DNA from: Blepharisma stoltei ATCC 30299
Lineage: Eukaryota; Protista; Ciliophora
DNA length: 64,000 bases
Reading direction: 5' to 3'
NCBI GenBank assembly: GCA_965603825.1
Contig: CBFDEM010000010.1
Location: 124,001 to 188,000, forward strand
Every line of letters begins with the position of its first letter. Position 1 is the stretch's first letter. The position numbers and the translations under genes are program-made. Of the stretch, positions 37,238-50,630 are shown in pieces. Below the pieces are notes generated by a model. That model did not search any database. It was not told where the DNA came from and saw only the letters and a program-made list of their open reading frames with translations.

Positions 37238-38773
37238 ATGGTAATAGCATATGCTCTTGATTCTTTTGATACAGAAAAAGTGTCAGTTATTGGAGAAGTT
37301 ACTCGATACGTTGTTCTTGCGCTTTTCACAATCATGTTTTTAGCTTCAGTCGGCACAGTAAACCGAGGAGGGAGCCTTTACAGTCTCTGATATTCTCTTA
37401 CATACGTTCAATTTTTGAGATACATTCCTGTTATCGACCTCAACCAATCTGACGTATTTACTTCATTTTTCAGCGAAATATTCGAAATTTATAATATTTA
37501 TACATTCATTCCAGAATCAACTAACTCAAGTATTTCTCAAAAAAGATTTCTGCAACTTGGGTTTAAAGGAGCAATTTTCTTGAATAATGCTGAAGAAATG
37601 CTGTGAGCGTGAGGCTCCAGCATAATTTCTCTGCTTATTCTTATGGCTTTTGGGCTATGCATGAACTCTCAGGTCATGAGAAGCGTTTTAGGTTACGCGA
37701 AATATTCCTTAGTGATTCGTGTATCTTTGATTGTGTTTTTTGACATTATGACTTGCGCAATACTGCAAGTTTATTATGCAGAATTTCAAGGGACCATACC
37801 ATTTGTAAGTATGTTAACATCACTTATGTTTCTTACTATAAGTGCTGTTTTTGTAATCTTTGTTCCTACAATAATCAAGCTCAGGCTGAAAATGACTAAC
37901 GAGCTGCCACCTGAGAAATGCTTGGAATTGATTATTACTTTGGTTGGCGAATTTTATGGAAATACGGAAATGTCTAAATACTTATTTTATCCTCTTTTGC
38001 TAGCAATGCGCGCACTGGCTGCTCTAACTTTGGTGATATTATGACAATACCCTCTTGCTCAAGTAGGCGCACTCAGCTCTTTTCAAATTGTTATTTTGGT
38101 GTATATAGTATGAGTCAAGCCTTTTAAATATAATTTGGATAATTGGTTTGTGTTTGCAGCTGAAATCTTCACTTTACTATTAATTGGAGTTCCTGCAATT
38201 TATTTGCTCACTGATAAATACTTTGATTATTCTCCTTATTTGGATATTGCTTGTATTTGTATAGCGTGAATTGGTATCTTAATCTGCTTAACAAGATACA
38301 TATTTGCTGCTGCTGTAAATGGCTCCTGGAATGAGCTGAGAACAGTTATCAAAGTTAAAAATTTAGTTTCTGAGCCTACTCTTGATACAACTGTGGATTT
38401 TAAAGATCAGGAATTTAAAAGCAGTGGAAAGCCTAAGAAAAAGGTCTTAAACACAATAGAAACTGAAATAAGATCACAGCTGCCAAATGAGCCGTATGAA
38501 AATCTCTATAGAGAAACAGGCGTTGAGCAGGGCAATCCTGTAGAAAAGAACATAAGCTACTTTAAAGAAACCAATGGAGAAAGCTGAAAAATAGTAGAGC
38601 TAAAAGACCCGAGAGAAGTACGAGCAAACCGAAGGGATGACAATGGAATACGCACAAATTACCAAACTCCAACTGTTGCAAGGAATAGTTCATATGGAGA
38701 AGGCATAACATTTTATCCGCGAATAGCTGCAAAGTACCAGAAGTACAATTTGGATAATCGTAAGGAGGAATAA
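37238..38773 (+). CDS. Multi-pass membrane protein (TRP/PKD-associated C-terminal TM-like), about 511 aa
   Basis: Seven TGA=Trp join three ORFs; many hydrophobic helices; L[W]YSLTYVQFLRYIPVIDL motif; start codon uncertain. Confidence 0.75.
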
Positions 38774-38840
38774 TGAATCTATATAATTTATCCTAGTTAT
38801 TTTTTATAGTTTAAATCAGTATTCGTTTTTCATAATTTTA

Positions 38841-40604
38841 ATGTCCATATCTGAAATAAAAGAATACCTGAGTAGAGGAGAAGATTCTGAAGAACTAGGT
38901 TCCAAAATAAACGATTTAGTCTTCCAAATTACAGAACACACCGCAACCACAATAGCTCCAGAGGCGGCCAACGAACTTTTAAATACAATATCAGAATGGA
39001 TTTTGCAGCATTCCAGCTCCAAACGGCTCGAAAACCTCCTCAAATTGATTTTTGTAATTTACCAAAACCAAGGCCTTTCTGAAGAATTCAATTTTCTAGG
39101 GATGGACGAAGCTGAGGTGAAAATTGCAGCTTGTCCAAATTTAGTGTCCTGCATTCTCTCACTTTTAAACTCTGTATTAAAAAGTAACCAAGCCGAAAAG
39201 TATATGAGGATCCTGACATTATTGCTGAGAATTTCTGCCATGATTGTGCAGCAGAAGACAGTCCCGAATTTCTTTCGAAGGAAAGGAAGTCTAAAAATGC
39301 TAATCGCTCTATATAGAAACCTTGTAAAGGCATCTGCAAGAAGTGAAGGGTCAATCAAAATTCTTACGTTGATTTGTGAAGTAATGGCTAACATGGCTGT
39401 CAAAAATGAAAAAGCAAGAGAGTATTTGACGAGAAAAGCAGTGATTCAAGCCTCATGTGCATTGATAACCAACCCAAACTATACAAGCGATAATAAACTT
39501 ATGAGCAAAGCTTTATATCTTTTAGGAAGCACTGCTGGGAGCAGCGATCAACAGTTATTGATATGGGTTTCTGGAGGAATTTCTCAAGCTCTACAGTGCG
39601 TCCAAAACCCGAAACTTTCTCCGTCAGCTTCATTTTTGTTGTGAAGGGCATGTATTGATAATGAAGAAATCCAGCAAGAAATATTTTCCTCAAATTTTCA
39701 TTTGCAAGCTTTGGAGGCAATAAGAAATGGAGGCGATATTGAAAAAATCACTTATTTGATAGGAATCATAAGAAGAATTGTGGTTAATGCAAAATTCAGA
39801 GACCAACTGGCAGGTTTGGTTGCAGAGCCACTTTTATTGGAGCTTAAGCAGCTTACCAGAGGCGAGTTTTCTTTACCTTTAAAAGAAATTTCAGCAGCTC
39901 TTGGAACAATATCAACTGATCCAGCGATTGCACAAATAATTGTCCAAGCAGCTGGCATTGAAATCATAACAGAAGTCGCTTTAAGAAACCTTACAAAATC
40001 AAAGCTTGTGAAGACTTGTATTGGAGCGCTCGTAAATTTATCATTGCAAGAAGGAATGGTGGACAGGATAGGCAACAACTTACGATTTTATGAATTAATT
40101 AGAGCTATCATAGCTTCTTACCCAAGCTCTTCTTATATGATGGAATATACGCTTAGACTCATTTTAAATGCCTTGCAAAGCAACAACTGTTTGTACCATC
40201 TTTCTGAAGTTTCCTTTGTGACTGATCTGAGAAATCTTTTTGAGAGGTGGCAAAATGAAGAAGATCTCCTGCTGTATGTGCTCTATATTTTTAGAAGCCT
40301 TGTTTCGCATAAAAAAGGGATCGAAGCCTTTTCAGAGGCAATTCCAGAAGGGTTTATAGATCAGCTTCTTGGAGTTTTTCAGCATTATATTTCAAATGTC
40401 AAAGTTCTTACTGAAATTATTCTGCTGATTTCAGCATTGAGCCAGCAAGAAGGAATTTTCCTGGATACGTTGAAAAGGTCAGATATGCTTTCAACAAGAA
40501 TAAAAGAATGCTTAGAAATTCATTCGAAGGACCAGAATAAAACAATGCTACTGACAGAATGTATTGCAAACTTACCCGTTGAGGAGTTGAACATTATTAT
40601 ATAA
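38841..40604 (+). CDS. Armadillo/HEAT-repeat protein, 587 aa
   Basis: Leu-rich helical repeats (CIGALVNLS, IVQAAGIEII); TGA at 39642. Confidence 0.85.
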
Positions 40605-40740
40605 AATTAACAAAGTTAACAAATAAATATCTTTTTCAATATCTGTATAAAGATTAGTAATTATAACTTTATTTTAAGGAAATTTAGCATTGCTAAAAGA
40701 GGTTAAGATTAAATTAAAAATATAAACTAATTACTTCCCT

Positions 40741-41664
40741 TTAGTTAAATTGCTTAATATTTCTATTATGAGATCTTGAAAAATCAATGAAAGGTCCCTT
40801 TGGATAGATTCTTGATGGATTCAAATTGTTGAATGAATAGTAATATCCTTTCTTTATGATATCAATATTAGTTAATTCTGCCATTTCTGGCATTTGATAC
40901 AGCTCCCTCACAAAATTGGAGAGATTTTCATAGGATTCCAGCGTTCTCAAATTGCATTTCATCAAGCCATAATGCACTGCATCAAATCTGACTAAGGTCA
41001 CGTATAATCTTCAGTCCGCAATCGTAATTTGATCACCTAAAAGGTATCTTTGCCTTTCCAAAATTGCCTCAGCCCTATCAAGAGCTTCAAAAAGCGCGTC
41101 CACTTGGCTTTCATAATCCTGTTGAGTCTTGGCTCCACCAGTTCTGTATACTCCAAAGTTAATTTTCAGCAGAAATTGATTCATTTCATCAATGCTAGAC
41201 CTTAAATGAGCAGGATAAAAGTCAGCATTATTCCCCTGCTCAAAGGAATCATTAAGCATTATCATAATATCTCCAGAGTCATTACTTACTATAGTATTTG
41301 TTTGGCTGTCCCATAAACAAGGGACTGAGACTGCCCCTGTAAAGCGAGGACTTGACATCTGGTATAATTGATAAAGGTGCTCGAAATGATGAAGAGTGTC
41401 AGGATATTCTTCGGAAAAGCCCCAGCCTTGATCACCTTTTAATGGGCTTGCGAATACAACTCCTATCACATTATCAAGGTCTTTAAGCTTGCGCATGATC
41501 AAAGTTCTATGAGAGAAAGGACATACTAATGAAAGATAAAGATAATATCGCCCAGGCTCGGCTTTGTACCCACTGCTACCGTCTTTTGTGATGGTTCCTT
41601 TAAATCCACTTGCATCAGGATGGCTGTCTGCTTCATGCCACTCACCGTTTACTAGCATGCCCAT
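40741..41664 (-). CDS. Glutathionyl-hydroquinone reductase (YqjG/ECM4, Xi-class GST), 307 aa
   Basis: MGMLVNGEW, AEPGRYYLYLS..CPFSHR, VPCLWD...IVSNDS, AD[W]RLYVTLVRFDAVH. Confidence 0.93.
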
Positions 41665-42151
41665 GATTTTATTATAACAAAAAGCTAGTAGAACATGGAA
41701 CTGGAAACTTAATAATTATGCCACATATTTTTTTTGCACAAAAGAACTCAAAGGAGATCCTTAAAAATGCAAAGAAATAATATTATCTTGGCTGAAAGGA
41801 ATCATTTTTGCAATTTTTAATCCTTAATCACAATCATTTAAATTTATCTTTACCCAGTGTGCATAATTTTAATATTATATGAGGGGTGAATTTATACTAA
41901 ATTATAATGGATAATCTTAAGGATACTTTCTACGCTTTAATTTTGTTCGTGATTGATAAACTTTAGAATAAATTAATTTTTATCACCATGAGAATCTTTT
42001 GCTGCTTGAAGGTAGCATTCTTCATTAGCAATGATTTTTTTTATCAGTATTTCTTTAAAGTTTGTTTTATAGAAATTAATTGTACTAATTCTTGAAATAA
42101 AATTTAAAATAAATAACGATTTATCAATAATAAATCAACACTCATTTCTCC

Positions 42152-43540
42152 ATGGGATCATATCTGTCATCTGGAGGAAGTGCAATTTTGAATTTCCGAA
42201 GGCCAGTAGACTTTTTGGCCAGCATGCTAACTAAATGTAAACTCTACTCAGGAACCAAAGAAGAAATCCTCCAAGCTTTTCACAAATTTACTAGCATTCA
42301 AAAACCTGGAGACTTCATCACAAATATCGGTGGACTTCGAATTATTTTCAGATCAACAAACGCTGAAGGAATGGAGTTTGAAATTTTGAGACTATTCAGC
42401 AATAAAGGAAAAATCAATGTCATGGAAGTTATGGCTGTCATTGTCATCTATGCAGCTATCTCATGGAAGGAAAAAGTCAAAATAGCCCTTTTTATGTTTG
42501 ACTTCGATGGTAATAAAGTTATTTCAAGGGATGAAATGGATGTGCTGTGTCGATCCTTCCTAAGGGGTGTAGCTTGTGTAACTAAAAGTCCATATGCAAC
42601 TAATCAAGAAATTGAGGATATTTCAGCTCATGTTTTTACATGGGCAGACAGGTTTTCCAACAATAAAATTTCTTGTGAAGATCTTATAGCTTGAGTTGGG
42701 ATGAACCAAGAAATCCAAGAGTTATTGCAAACGAATGAGCCTCCTCACTCATTAAGGAGCAACACTATGAAGCCAATGTCTAATATTTCAAAAAACCCAA
42801 AGACTGAAAGTCATAAATCACCTCACAGGCCAAGACAAAGTGCATCATTTGACATTTCAGAAAAAATAAGACTGAAAAGTATCAATACAATGAAAGCCCA
42901 TGGTAATTCCAACAGCCCAAGGAAAAGAAAGTTCTTTGTACGAGCTAATCAAACCACTCTTTATACTCGAGACTATATTGAGAGTTTGCATTCAGCTTTT
43001 CAGAGAGTTGAACAGTCAGGAAAAGTTGCATTTGACAGTAATTTTTACATAGAGCTCATAGAAGAATTATCCCATCATGAAGTATACAAAGAATTAGTAG
43101 AAGACCTAAAATCAGATGCACTCGCAGAAATAAAAAGCGAGCTTACTTTCAGAGATCTACTGAGCATTGCTTGCAGATCTTCTGATGAAAATCAAATAAA
43201 AAGGATGCTCAGATGAATAACTAAAGATCACACGCCATTACCAAATATAAGAACAAATACCAATCGAGGTAAGAAAAAAGTCTCTTATGAAACAGCTAAT
43301 ACTTATAGGCGTCTCTTTGAAAAAATTGATAAAAATCGTGACGGAACAATAGATTTCCAGGAGTTGAGATCGGAATTTCGAGATTATATGGGAAGCTCGA
43401 CTATAGAGCAATTATTTAAAGAATATGACTCAGATAATAACAATAAGATAGATCTACCTGAATTCATGAAGCTGCTGGCTCCTCATGATTCTTTTATCCC
43501 TGATGAAATTCTTGAGGCCTTTACATCATCTCCAAAATAA
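42152..43540 (+). CDS. EF-hand calcium-binding protein, about 457 aa
   Basis: DFDGNKVISRDE, DKNRDGTIDFQE, DSDNNNKIDLPE; N-terminal MGSYLS myristoylation-like motif; TGA at 42692 and 43214; probable intron 43038-43052. Confidence 0.88.
43038..43052 (+). other. Probable 15-nt intron without an in-frame stop
   Basis: gtaatttttacatag matches the consensus exactly; frame is preserved with or without splicing. Confidence 0.7.
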
Positions 43541-43776
43541 TTTTGTGTACATGCTAACATTATCTAATCTATAATCATTAATAATATATGGCCTTTTGCC
43601 AATTGTTTTTCCATTTTCTCTACTAAATAAGTAGAATTTTATAAATTTCCTATATTTAGCCGATCCATTATAATCTTGTCGATTTTTTTATTATTCTTCT
43701 AATTCTTTGCCAAATGTTTTAAAATTAAATAATAGAACCCCTTTAAGTGCAAAAAATAATTATAAAATTTCTTTTT

Positions 43777-45954
43777 ATGTCCAATTTGCCGTCAGAATCA
43801 GACCCATCAAAACCTCGAAATTCCCCAGCACAGTCCAAAAATCCTGATCAATTTAGTGCACCTTCCCGCCCAGGAAACCAGCACCCAAACCAAGCCGGTC
43901 AAAATATTTCGCCAGCCCCAGTACCAAGCCATTCCCAAAGCATGGCCGATATGATCCAAATAACAATAGCAAGTGTCCGAGAGTTAGGCTTTCAGAGATA
44001 CCGCACAAATCATAGCGAAAAGAAATTTAGCATTATGTTCGCAATAACAAACCAAGGTCAAAGCACTGGTGAAAGATGACGCACTTTCCCCCTTGTAATT
44101 GAAATTTCTGAAAAAATTTTTTGTGTGAGAGTTATTTTTACAATAAATAACGAAAGCTTCAGGTTCACAGATGAAAATTTGATGGTATATGCATTGGAAT
44201 TTATTACAATATCAAATTATGGAATGCAGATTGGCTGCTTTAATATAAGTCAGGAAAAAAAGTACTTAGTCTTTGAAAGCAAAGCCTATTACTACTCTTT
44301 GGAGCCTCAGTGCTTAGGAAATCTGGTAAAAGAGCATTTAATGAAATCAATTGCTTCATATAAAACTTACGCTTTTGGACTGGTGTCAATAATTGACTGC
44401 TATCAAAAAGGGGTACCAGTGGAGCCCAGACAGTTCGTAATACAAAGCGAACGAAGAGGCAAGATACCTAACGCCAACCCTGCCCAAGAAAGAGAACAAA
44501 AGCGTGAAAACGATAAAGACTCTAAACGAGAAGAAGGCTCAGACTCAGAATCTGACTCATCTGGACAAGCTGAAGATAACAGCAGTGTGATTTCTTCAGA
44601 CTCAAGCTCGAGCAGACGAGACAATGACACCCTTGAAAAAGAAAGAGAACTATTAGAATTCATAAGAACCAACGAAATCCTAAGAAACAGCTTTGACTTC
44701 CAAAACTTGAGCAGGAATGAAAAAGGATATGTTTATGAAGGCTACCAATCTTCAACTCTTAGAAAGTTTTTAGAAATCGCAGAGTTTGATAGAGGGCTTC
44801 TGGATAAAATCAAGTATACATTAAAAGAAATGTATGAGCAGAACTTGGAATTTATCAGTTTTCCTAGTAACTACATTTCAGTTCAGGAAATCGAGCCTGG
44901 GAAGATAAAATTCCAGTTTATCCCGAAAGATATATCTAAAATAGCTAATAAGCGAACAGAAAACTCTCCAAGTGTGAAGGAGTATGATATTAAGATGTCA
45001 AAAGAGCTAAATTCGCTGCTCTGTCAAGTGATTTCAGACAGATGCCATGTGAAATACCAAATAAATACCCAGGACATGATCCCTCCCCAAAATTTCAAAA
45101 ATAAAGAACTGCTGGCAGATGAAAATATCATTGGCCATGGGGGCTTTGGAGACGTCTATAAAAATGAATTGCATGGACAAGAAGTCGCTATAAAATTCCC
45201 AAGAGAAGTAAAAGAATCAGAATCCAAAGCAAAGCGAAGAATTGCGAAAGAGCTCCAAATGATGAAATGCCTTCCACATGAAAATATTGTAAAAGTATTC
45301 GGTGTCGTTGAGTATGATAAAAAATTAGGCCTAGTCCTTGAATACTGTAAAAATGGTGGTCTTAACACTTATGTTAAAAAGAGCCCTACAATAAGTATGA
45401 AAGAGCGCATTGAAATGCTATTTGGAGCAAGCTTAGGCTTGGAGTTCATGCATTCTAAGCAGATTTGCCACTTCGATATCAAACCTCATAATATGTTTCT
45501 GAACGAAGAAAACGTAGTAAAACTTGCTGATTTTGGGATGAGTGAGCATCTTGAAGAAGGAAAATCATTTAAACCTGGATTCACGCTACTTTACTGCTCT
45601 CCTGAACAAATTAAAGGGGAAAATCCAGGTATGAAAGCTGATGTTTGGTCGTTTGGCATGAGCATGTATTTTGTTAGTCATGGAAAAGCACCATTTGATT
45701 ATTTAGAAAAAATGAAAGGACACAAGCTTGAGAAAAAAGAATTTTATCAAGAATTAAAAAAAAAATTAAGAAAACCAAGGGTGTTAGAAGAAGTTGAAAG
45801 AAACTTTCCAAGATTCGTGTCTCTTATGAGAGAAACATGGAGTGAAGCACCTGATAGAAGACCAACAATGAGAGATGTTAAAATAGGCTTGAAAAATGCC
45901 TTAGCAACAATCCTTAATAGAATTGGCGATAAAGAAGAGGATCTTTTGAGATAA
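43777..45954 (+). CDS. TKL-like protein kinase with an N-terminal YbjN-like domain, 725 aa
   Basis: GHGGFGDVY, VAIK, HFDIKPHN, DFG, SPE, DVWSFG, W...PDRRP; TGA at 44077 joins the N-terminal ORF. Confidence 0.9.
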
Positions 45955-46000
45955 CCTATTAATTATTTGTGATATAGCCATGAATTAATAATTTTTAATT

Positions 46001-46237
46001 ATGAGTGCAATCCCAGAAACTCTGAACCCAAAACCATTTTTGGCTGAGTGCATAGGACATCCTGTTGTCGTGAAGCTGAAATGGGGAACCGAATACAGGG
46101 GGATTTTACTAGCCTATGACAAGTACCTCAATTTGCAATTACAAAATGCCTTTGAGTGGATTGCAGGAGAAAACAAAGGACTTCTAGGGGAAATTTTAGT
46201 CAGATGCAATAATGTCCTTTATGTGAAGCAAGATTAA
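46001..46237 (+). CDS. SNRPF: Small nuclear ribonucleoprotein SmF
   Basis: [31 protein letters not shown]. Confidence 0.95.
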   Translation: MSAIPETLNPKPFLAECIGHPVVVKLKWGTEYRGILLAYDKYLNLQLQNAFEWIAGENKGLLGEILVRCNNVLYVKQD

Positions 46238-46301
46238 TCTAATTATTGATAAGGAATCTTTTCATTTTCATAGGGATCTAATAGACTCAAAATTAATATT
46301 T

Positions 46302-48308
46302 ATGGAAGATTTGAATCTGAAGAAGCCACCAAAGATCCAAGTTCTGAATACAGAAGTCCCTGAAATTTCCCAGCCAGTCTGCAAAATAAGAAAACTAACG
46401 GATATAGCTGAAGACCCTCTTGAAGTTATGGATGATGACGAGATCCCATATATGACATCAAGAAAATCAAGACTTCATAACAAAACACAACTAATTGGAA
46501 AGCACTATAATCCCTTAATTTCTCCTCGAGATTCTTTAACCCTCCCTCCGATTGACAAGACTTTATTGTTCTATCAGAAGTTTTTATTAGGTCTGCTAAA
46601 GCATCCTGAGATATATAGACAATTTAAGGAGCAAGCTATTAAGCAAGACATTTTAGCAAAGATAAACACTCCTATAAATACCTGCAGAATGTCTTTTAAT
46701 TTAAAAGAGCCAAATAGGCTGAAAAATATTGAAGTTCACTCTGTTAACGCTTATAAAAAGTTGCATGAAAGTGATAAGAAAAATAATGTGCTAGATATGA
46801 TACTGAAGACTCCTCAAGCGAAGCAGGATAATGATAAAAGTCAAATCTCTTTGAAAAGCATAAAGCATAGCCGAAGAGGGTCAGCATCAAGGGCAAGCTC
46901 CAATTCACGACGCTCTTCAACCCGGAGAATAAAAATATATAAGTGCCAATTGGACAAAACCAGTAAAGAGCTATATGAGATTTTTTTAAAAATATCAAAA
47001 ACACAAGAAAACTCTCATCGAGACCAAAGAGTTACTAGTGAAGCTTTAAAGGAGTGGCTATTGAAGCGATATCCTCAAGAAATGGTTGAAGTGATGGCAA
47101 AGGCAATTGTCATCGAAGGAAACCAAAATTTTGATTCATGGTCTTCGATTATAGAAAAGTTCATAAATTCCAATGACACCAAAATATTGAAGTTTTGCTT
47201 TGAGCTTTTTGATTTCAATAAAGACAAATATATATGCACTCATGACGCCTATTATGCAATTTCTTTAGATTGCAGCAATCTATATGACCAGGATATTGTT
47301 AGGATAAGAGAATCAATGGTCAGCAAGCAATCAAAAAAAGGTCACAACCAAAAAATGCCTAAGACACATATAAGAAGGCATAGTACTGCTTCGAGTGGGG
47401 ATGAAGAAGCTAAAAGGGTGCCTTATATCCATCCAACAAAGCCTGAAGCCCTTACGGTTGAAGATTTTTTAAAAATAAGCTTCATTGGAAAGCCTCAGAT
47501 TTTCCAAGATATCATTTCTTATCTGACAGGCTATAATATTAATTCTTCCTTATTGAAGCCTGAATCTTCATGCCATACACGAAGACTAAGCCAAGACATT
47601 GTATATGATATTCGCTGCCAAGAAGAGTTGAAAGATTCTTATAAATCAGACCCAAGATATCAATATTATTTAGATCTAGATGAGATGATGCACAAATTTG
47701 ATCTGGCAGAGAGCGAAATGGTGCTGGAAAAATTCGAAATGCTGAAATGTCCTTCATTTCGCAAAGAAAAAATGATTTCTTTGAAATCAACGATCGAAGT
47801 GTGGCCCACAATTTTTGGCTTTAAATGCGATTACGTATCAAAGCTATTCTATGGGATTCTGGCAGGTAAAAATCGAACCGATATTACGAAAATGAGCTTT
47901 TTAAAAAAAATCAATGAAATTTTCAAGGGAAGTAGTGTAGATCAAAATAAATTTGCTTTTGATTTGTATGATAGAAATATGGATGGGATACTTACATGTG
48001 ATGAGATTAATGATATGTATGAGTCTCTGCCTCAAAACACTCCAATTTATGATGAGTGCCAAATGTAAGATATATGCAGACTAGTTAATGAATTTCTTTC
48101 AAGTATTTTTGGTAAAAGGCATAAGCCATTAGACAACATAGATTTTGCTCTCTTTTCTGAATTAATTCCAAAGTCATTATTTATTGATGTAAGATTCACA
48201 TAGGAATTCATTGGAGCATTAATGACTCCTAAGACTGAGCTTCCACGAAAGTGTATTTCTTTTCTTGAAAAAATACCGGAAAATCCTAACAAAATTATAA
48301 ATATATAG
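46302..48308 (+). CDS. EF-hand protein, 658 aa
   Basis: DFNKDKYICTHD and DRNMDGILTCDE loops; introns 48065-48079 and 48189-48203. Confidence 0.82.
48065..48079 (+). other. 15-nt intron
   Basis: gtaagatatatgcag. Confidence 0.85.
48189..48203 (+). other. 15-nt intron
   Basis: gtaagattcacatag. Confidence 0.75.
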
Positions 48309-48388
48309 ATTTTCGTAAGCTATTATGACATCATAAATCGTAAATATCTGGTGAAAGCTATTATATAGGCTTAATAAATTTCACTAAA

Positions 48389-50461
48389 ATGGAGTGCGTC
48401 CTTTGCTTTGAAAGGTCACTCTATGTCGGTGTGCCCGAATGCAACCATAAGTCTGTATGCTCTCTCTGCTGATTTCGAATGAGATCTCTACTAAGTGACA
48501 CAAGATGCCCTGTGTGCCGTCATTCATCTGATAAAATTTTTGTCGTCTCTGACCCGAGTATTGACTATGAAAATTTATCCAAACAAATGTGAGGAGATGT
48601 AGGCCCAAAAGGCTTTGAACAGGATTTCAAAACTGGTATGTTCGTTCAAGACGCAACAGAAATGATTAGGCTCACAAATTTCAGAAAATTGATTTGCCGA
48701 TTTTGCTTTTGCGAAATCAAATCAATTGAGAAGTTCAGGCATCACATGATCCAATCCCATGGCGTATTTTTTTGTGAGCTCTGTATGAATCATAATAAAA
48801 TGTTTCCTGCAGAGCAAACTCTATACAATGACACAGCACTAATCCAACACAAAGAAAGCGCCCATATAAAGTGTCAGCTTTGCCCACAGTTTTTGTATGA
48901 CGACCGAGAGTTATTGAAGCACATCAGAGAAAAGCATTATTTTTGCGAGCTTTGTCCTATAGAAGTTCGACCAGCATTTGGTGATTATGAAACTATTGAA
49001 AAGCATTATAGGCAAGCTCATTATTTATGTGAGGTAGAAATGTGTAGAGAAACTAGAAATATAGTTTTTATGACATATGAGGATTTAAGGGATCACTATA
49101 GAGAATTGCATCCTTCACTTCAGCCAGCGATTTCTGTTGGCTTTAGATTCAATGATGAGCCTGATAAGTTTGTCCCTGCAATAAATGATACTAGTGAGAA
49201 AACCTTTTCTGTGCCAGCTATGAACCGAGAAGAAAGAGATTCAAATTTTCCTGCCTTAGCCCCTGCAGCCCCAGAGCCAACTGCTCCTTCATATAATAAA
49301 AAGCAAAAGCCAAAGCCAAGCAATAGCGATTTTCCTGCACTCTCTTTAGCAAAGTCCTCAAATGATGTGCAAAGAGTTGATTATTCAAATTCAAGCTTAA
49401 GCAAGCAAAAGGCTCCAAAGGCAAAAGTTTATGTAGCTAACCCTGTGCCAAATCCTTTGCTACCAGCTCCAAAAGTTAATCCAAATCAGCCTGTCCATCC
49501 AATTAGTTTAAAGCCAATTGAAGAGCAGAAGCAAAGCCCTCCAAAGAAAAAAGTTAAAGAAGATTCCAAGCAGTCAAATAGACTTCTAGAAGAAATCACA
49601 AAACTAAACAAAAGGGAAGCCACTCCTGAAGACTTTTTGACATTCTGCAACGAAGAAAGCATTAATGTTGACTCCCAGTTCATTTCATTACTTAGAGCTA
49701 ACATTGTATCAAACTCGCTATGCGAAAAACTAATCCATATTCTACAAAATACTGGATACAGGCCAAAAGCAAGGAAAGAGCCTGAGGAAACAAAAGTTAT
49801 ACCATCAAAAACTAATCAAAAAAACAGCGAAAAAGCAAAAAACAACGGCTCTTCTTTAATAGAGTTTCCATCATTAGTTAATGAACAAAAAACAAAAGCT
49901 GCAGAGGATCATTACTCAAAGACTTTGACTGCAAATGTTGTGATCCTTAACAATAATCTCATTAATACCAAACTCTTCGTTAAAAGCATGCTTGAATTTG
50001 TCCCAAGAAATGAAATAAATGATGCGAAAAACATTATAAGAGAAAAAGTAAAAAACCAAGCAAAGCTTCAAGAAATTTTCCAGCTTCTGGAAACTGAATT
50101 GCAATCACTGCATTACGAATCTGAATATCCTTCTTTGTTAACTCCAAAGCCTCCACCTCCAAAGCCCACTTCACAAAATTCTATTGCAGAAATCAAAGAG
50201 AAGCTGAAGCTTTATAATGAAGGAACAATTTCTGAAAAAGAGTTTGTAAATGCATGCTATGAAATTATCCCAAGAAACCAATTAAATCAAGCTGTAATAG
50301 AGATAAGAAATGCTATTGAGGATGAAGTAAAAAGAGAGAAAATTATTAAGGGAATCGAGCGTAAAGTTAGCACAAAATCATATGACGAAGATTTTCCAAC
50401 ATTAAAAGTAGTCAGACTTCCCCCTCAAAAGCAGCCTAAGAATAAGAAAAAAAATAACTAA
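48389..50461 (+). CDS. ZNF598: ZNF598/Hel2 RING + C2H2 E3 ligase (ribosome-collision sensor family), 690 aa
   Basis: CVLC...ECNHKSVCSLC[W]FRMR...CPVCR, several C2H2 fingers (HYFCELC, HYLCE), repeated FPxL motifs; two TGA=Trp. Confidence 0.88.
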
Positions 50462-50630
50462 TATATTCATTAATACCTATATCACATTTATTGATATAAC
50501 TCTATTGCTAAAATAATTCAAAATATATAGTCTTTGAAGCATGTCAATAAATTTCTTGCGTAATAATTCTTCCCATTCTACATTTCACAGATTTTCCTAT
50601 CATTTAAATGCTAAATTATAAAAACCTAAA

